Shown here in pieces: positions 63,576-64,000 of a stretch of DNA of 64,000 nt. Below the pieces are notes generated by a model. That model ran no database searches. It was not told where the DNA came from and was given only the letters and a program-made list of their open reading frames with translations. A program made the translations under genes and the position numbers. Position 1 is the first letter of the stretch. The number at the start of each line of letters is the position of its first letter. Source of the DNA: Eledone cirrhosa (lineage: Eukaryota); the NCBI GenBank assembly GCA_964016885.1, contig OZ024742.1:33232001-33296000 (forward strand), written 5' to 3'.

Positions 63576-64000
63576 TTACTTTGTTGACTTGGAGAAAGCC
63601 ATTCACAGAGTCCCCCGCTCCATTATCTGGTGGGCGCTTAGAAAACTAGGTGTTGATGAATGGCTTGTGAGAGCTATACAAGCCATGTATAAAGAAACAG
63701 TCAGCAAGGTTAGAATTAACAACGAATATAGTGAAGAGTTTAGCGTAAAAGTTGGTGTCAATCAGGGCTCCGTTCTTAGCCCCCTACTATTTATTATTGC
63801 CCTTCAGGCTATAACAGGAGTTCAAGACCAGCTGCCCATGGGAACTCCTATATGCAGATAATCTAACGCTCATAGCTGAATCAATGGCTGAACTAGAGAA
63901 GAAATTCCAAACATGGAAGCATGGCCTAGAATCAAAAGGCCTTAAAGTTAACTTGTCTAAGACTAAAGTTCTAGTTTGTAGGAAGGAAAATAGGGCACCG
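63576..64000 (+). mobile_element. RTE LINE RT fragment in the opposite orientation, running off the window end
   Basis: [24 protein letters not shown]...[13 protein letters not shown]; starts at a TA tract. Confidence 0.9.

Overview
This window is AT-rich, repeat-saturated eukaryotic DNA. The SINE, RTE and microsatellite landscape suggests a coleoid cephalopod, probably Octopus; that is an inference. It holds two consecutive minus-strand coding exons (49134-49540 and 2622-2755) of an ankyrin-repeat gene that closely resembles the Patsas / HIP14(ZDHHC17)-type palmitoyltransferases. They join in phase across a 46,378-bp GT-AG intron. Nearly everything else is mobile or simple-repeat DNA: a near full-length Tx1/L1-clade retrotransposon in a (GATA)n tract with a 20-bp TSD, many RTE LINE copies whose RT carries an inserted PHD-type zinc finger, CR1 and CRE remnants, tRNA-derived SINE families, piggyBac, Tc1/mariner, hAT and Tigger MITEs, Helitron-like elements, an Hsmar2-like mariner remnant, minisatellites and long (TA)n/(GGT)n tracts. 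The most unusual signal is a set of short non-coding fold-back elements carrying hammerhead-ribozyme motifs (Penelope pseudo-LTR / retrozyme-like), together with several long hairpins and locally templated inversions inside the intron. All coordinates were read by eye; repeat boundaries are approximate to within a few bases.
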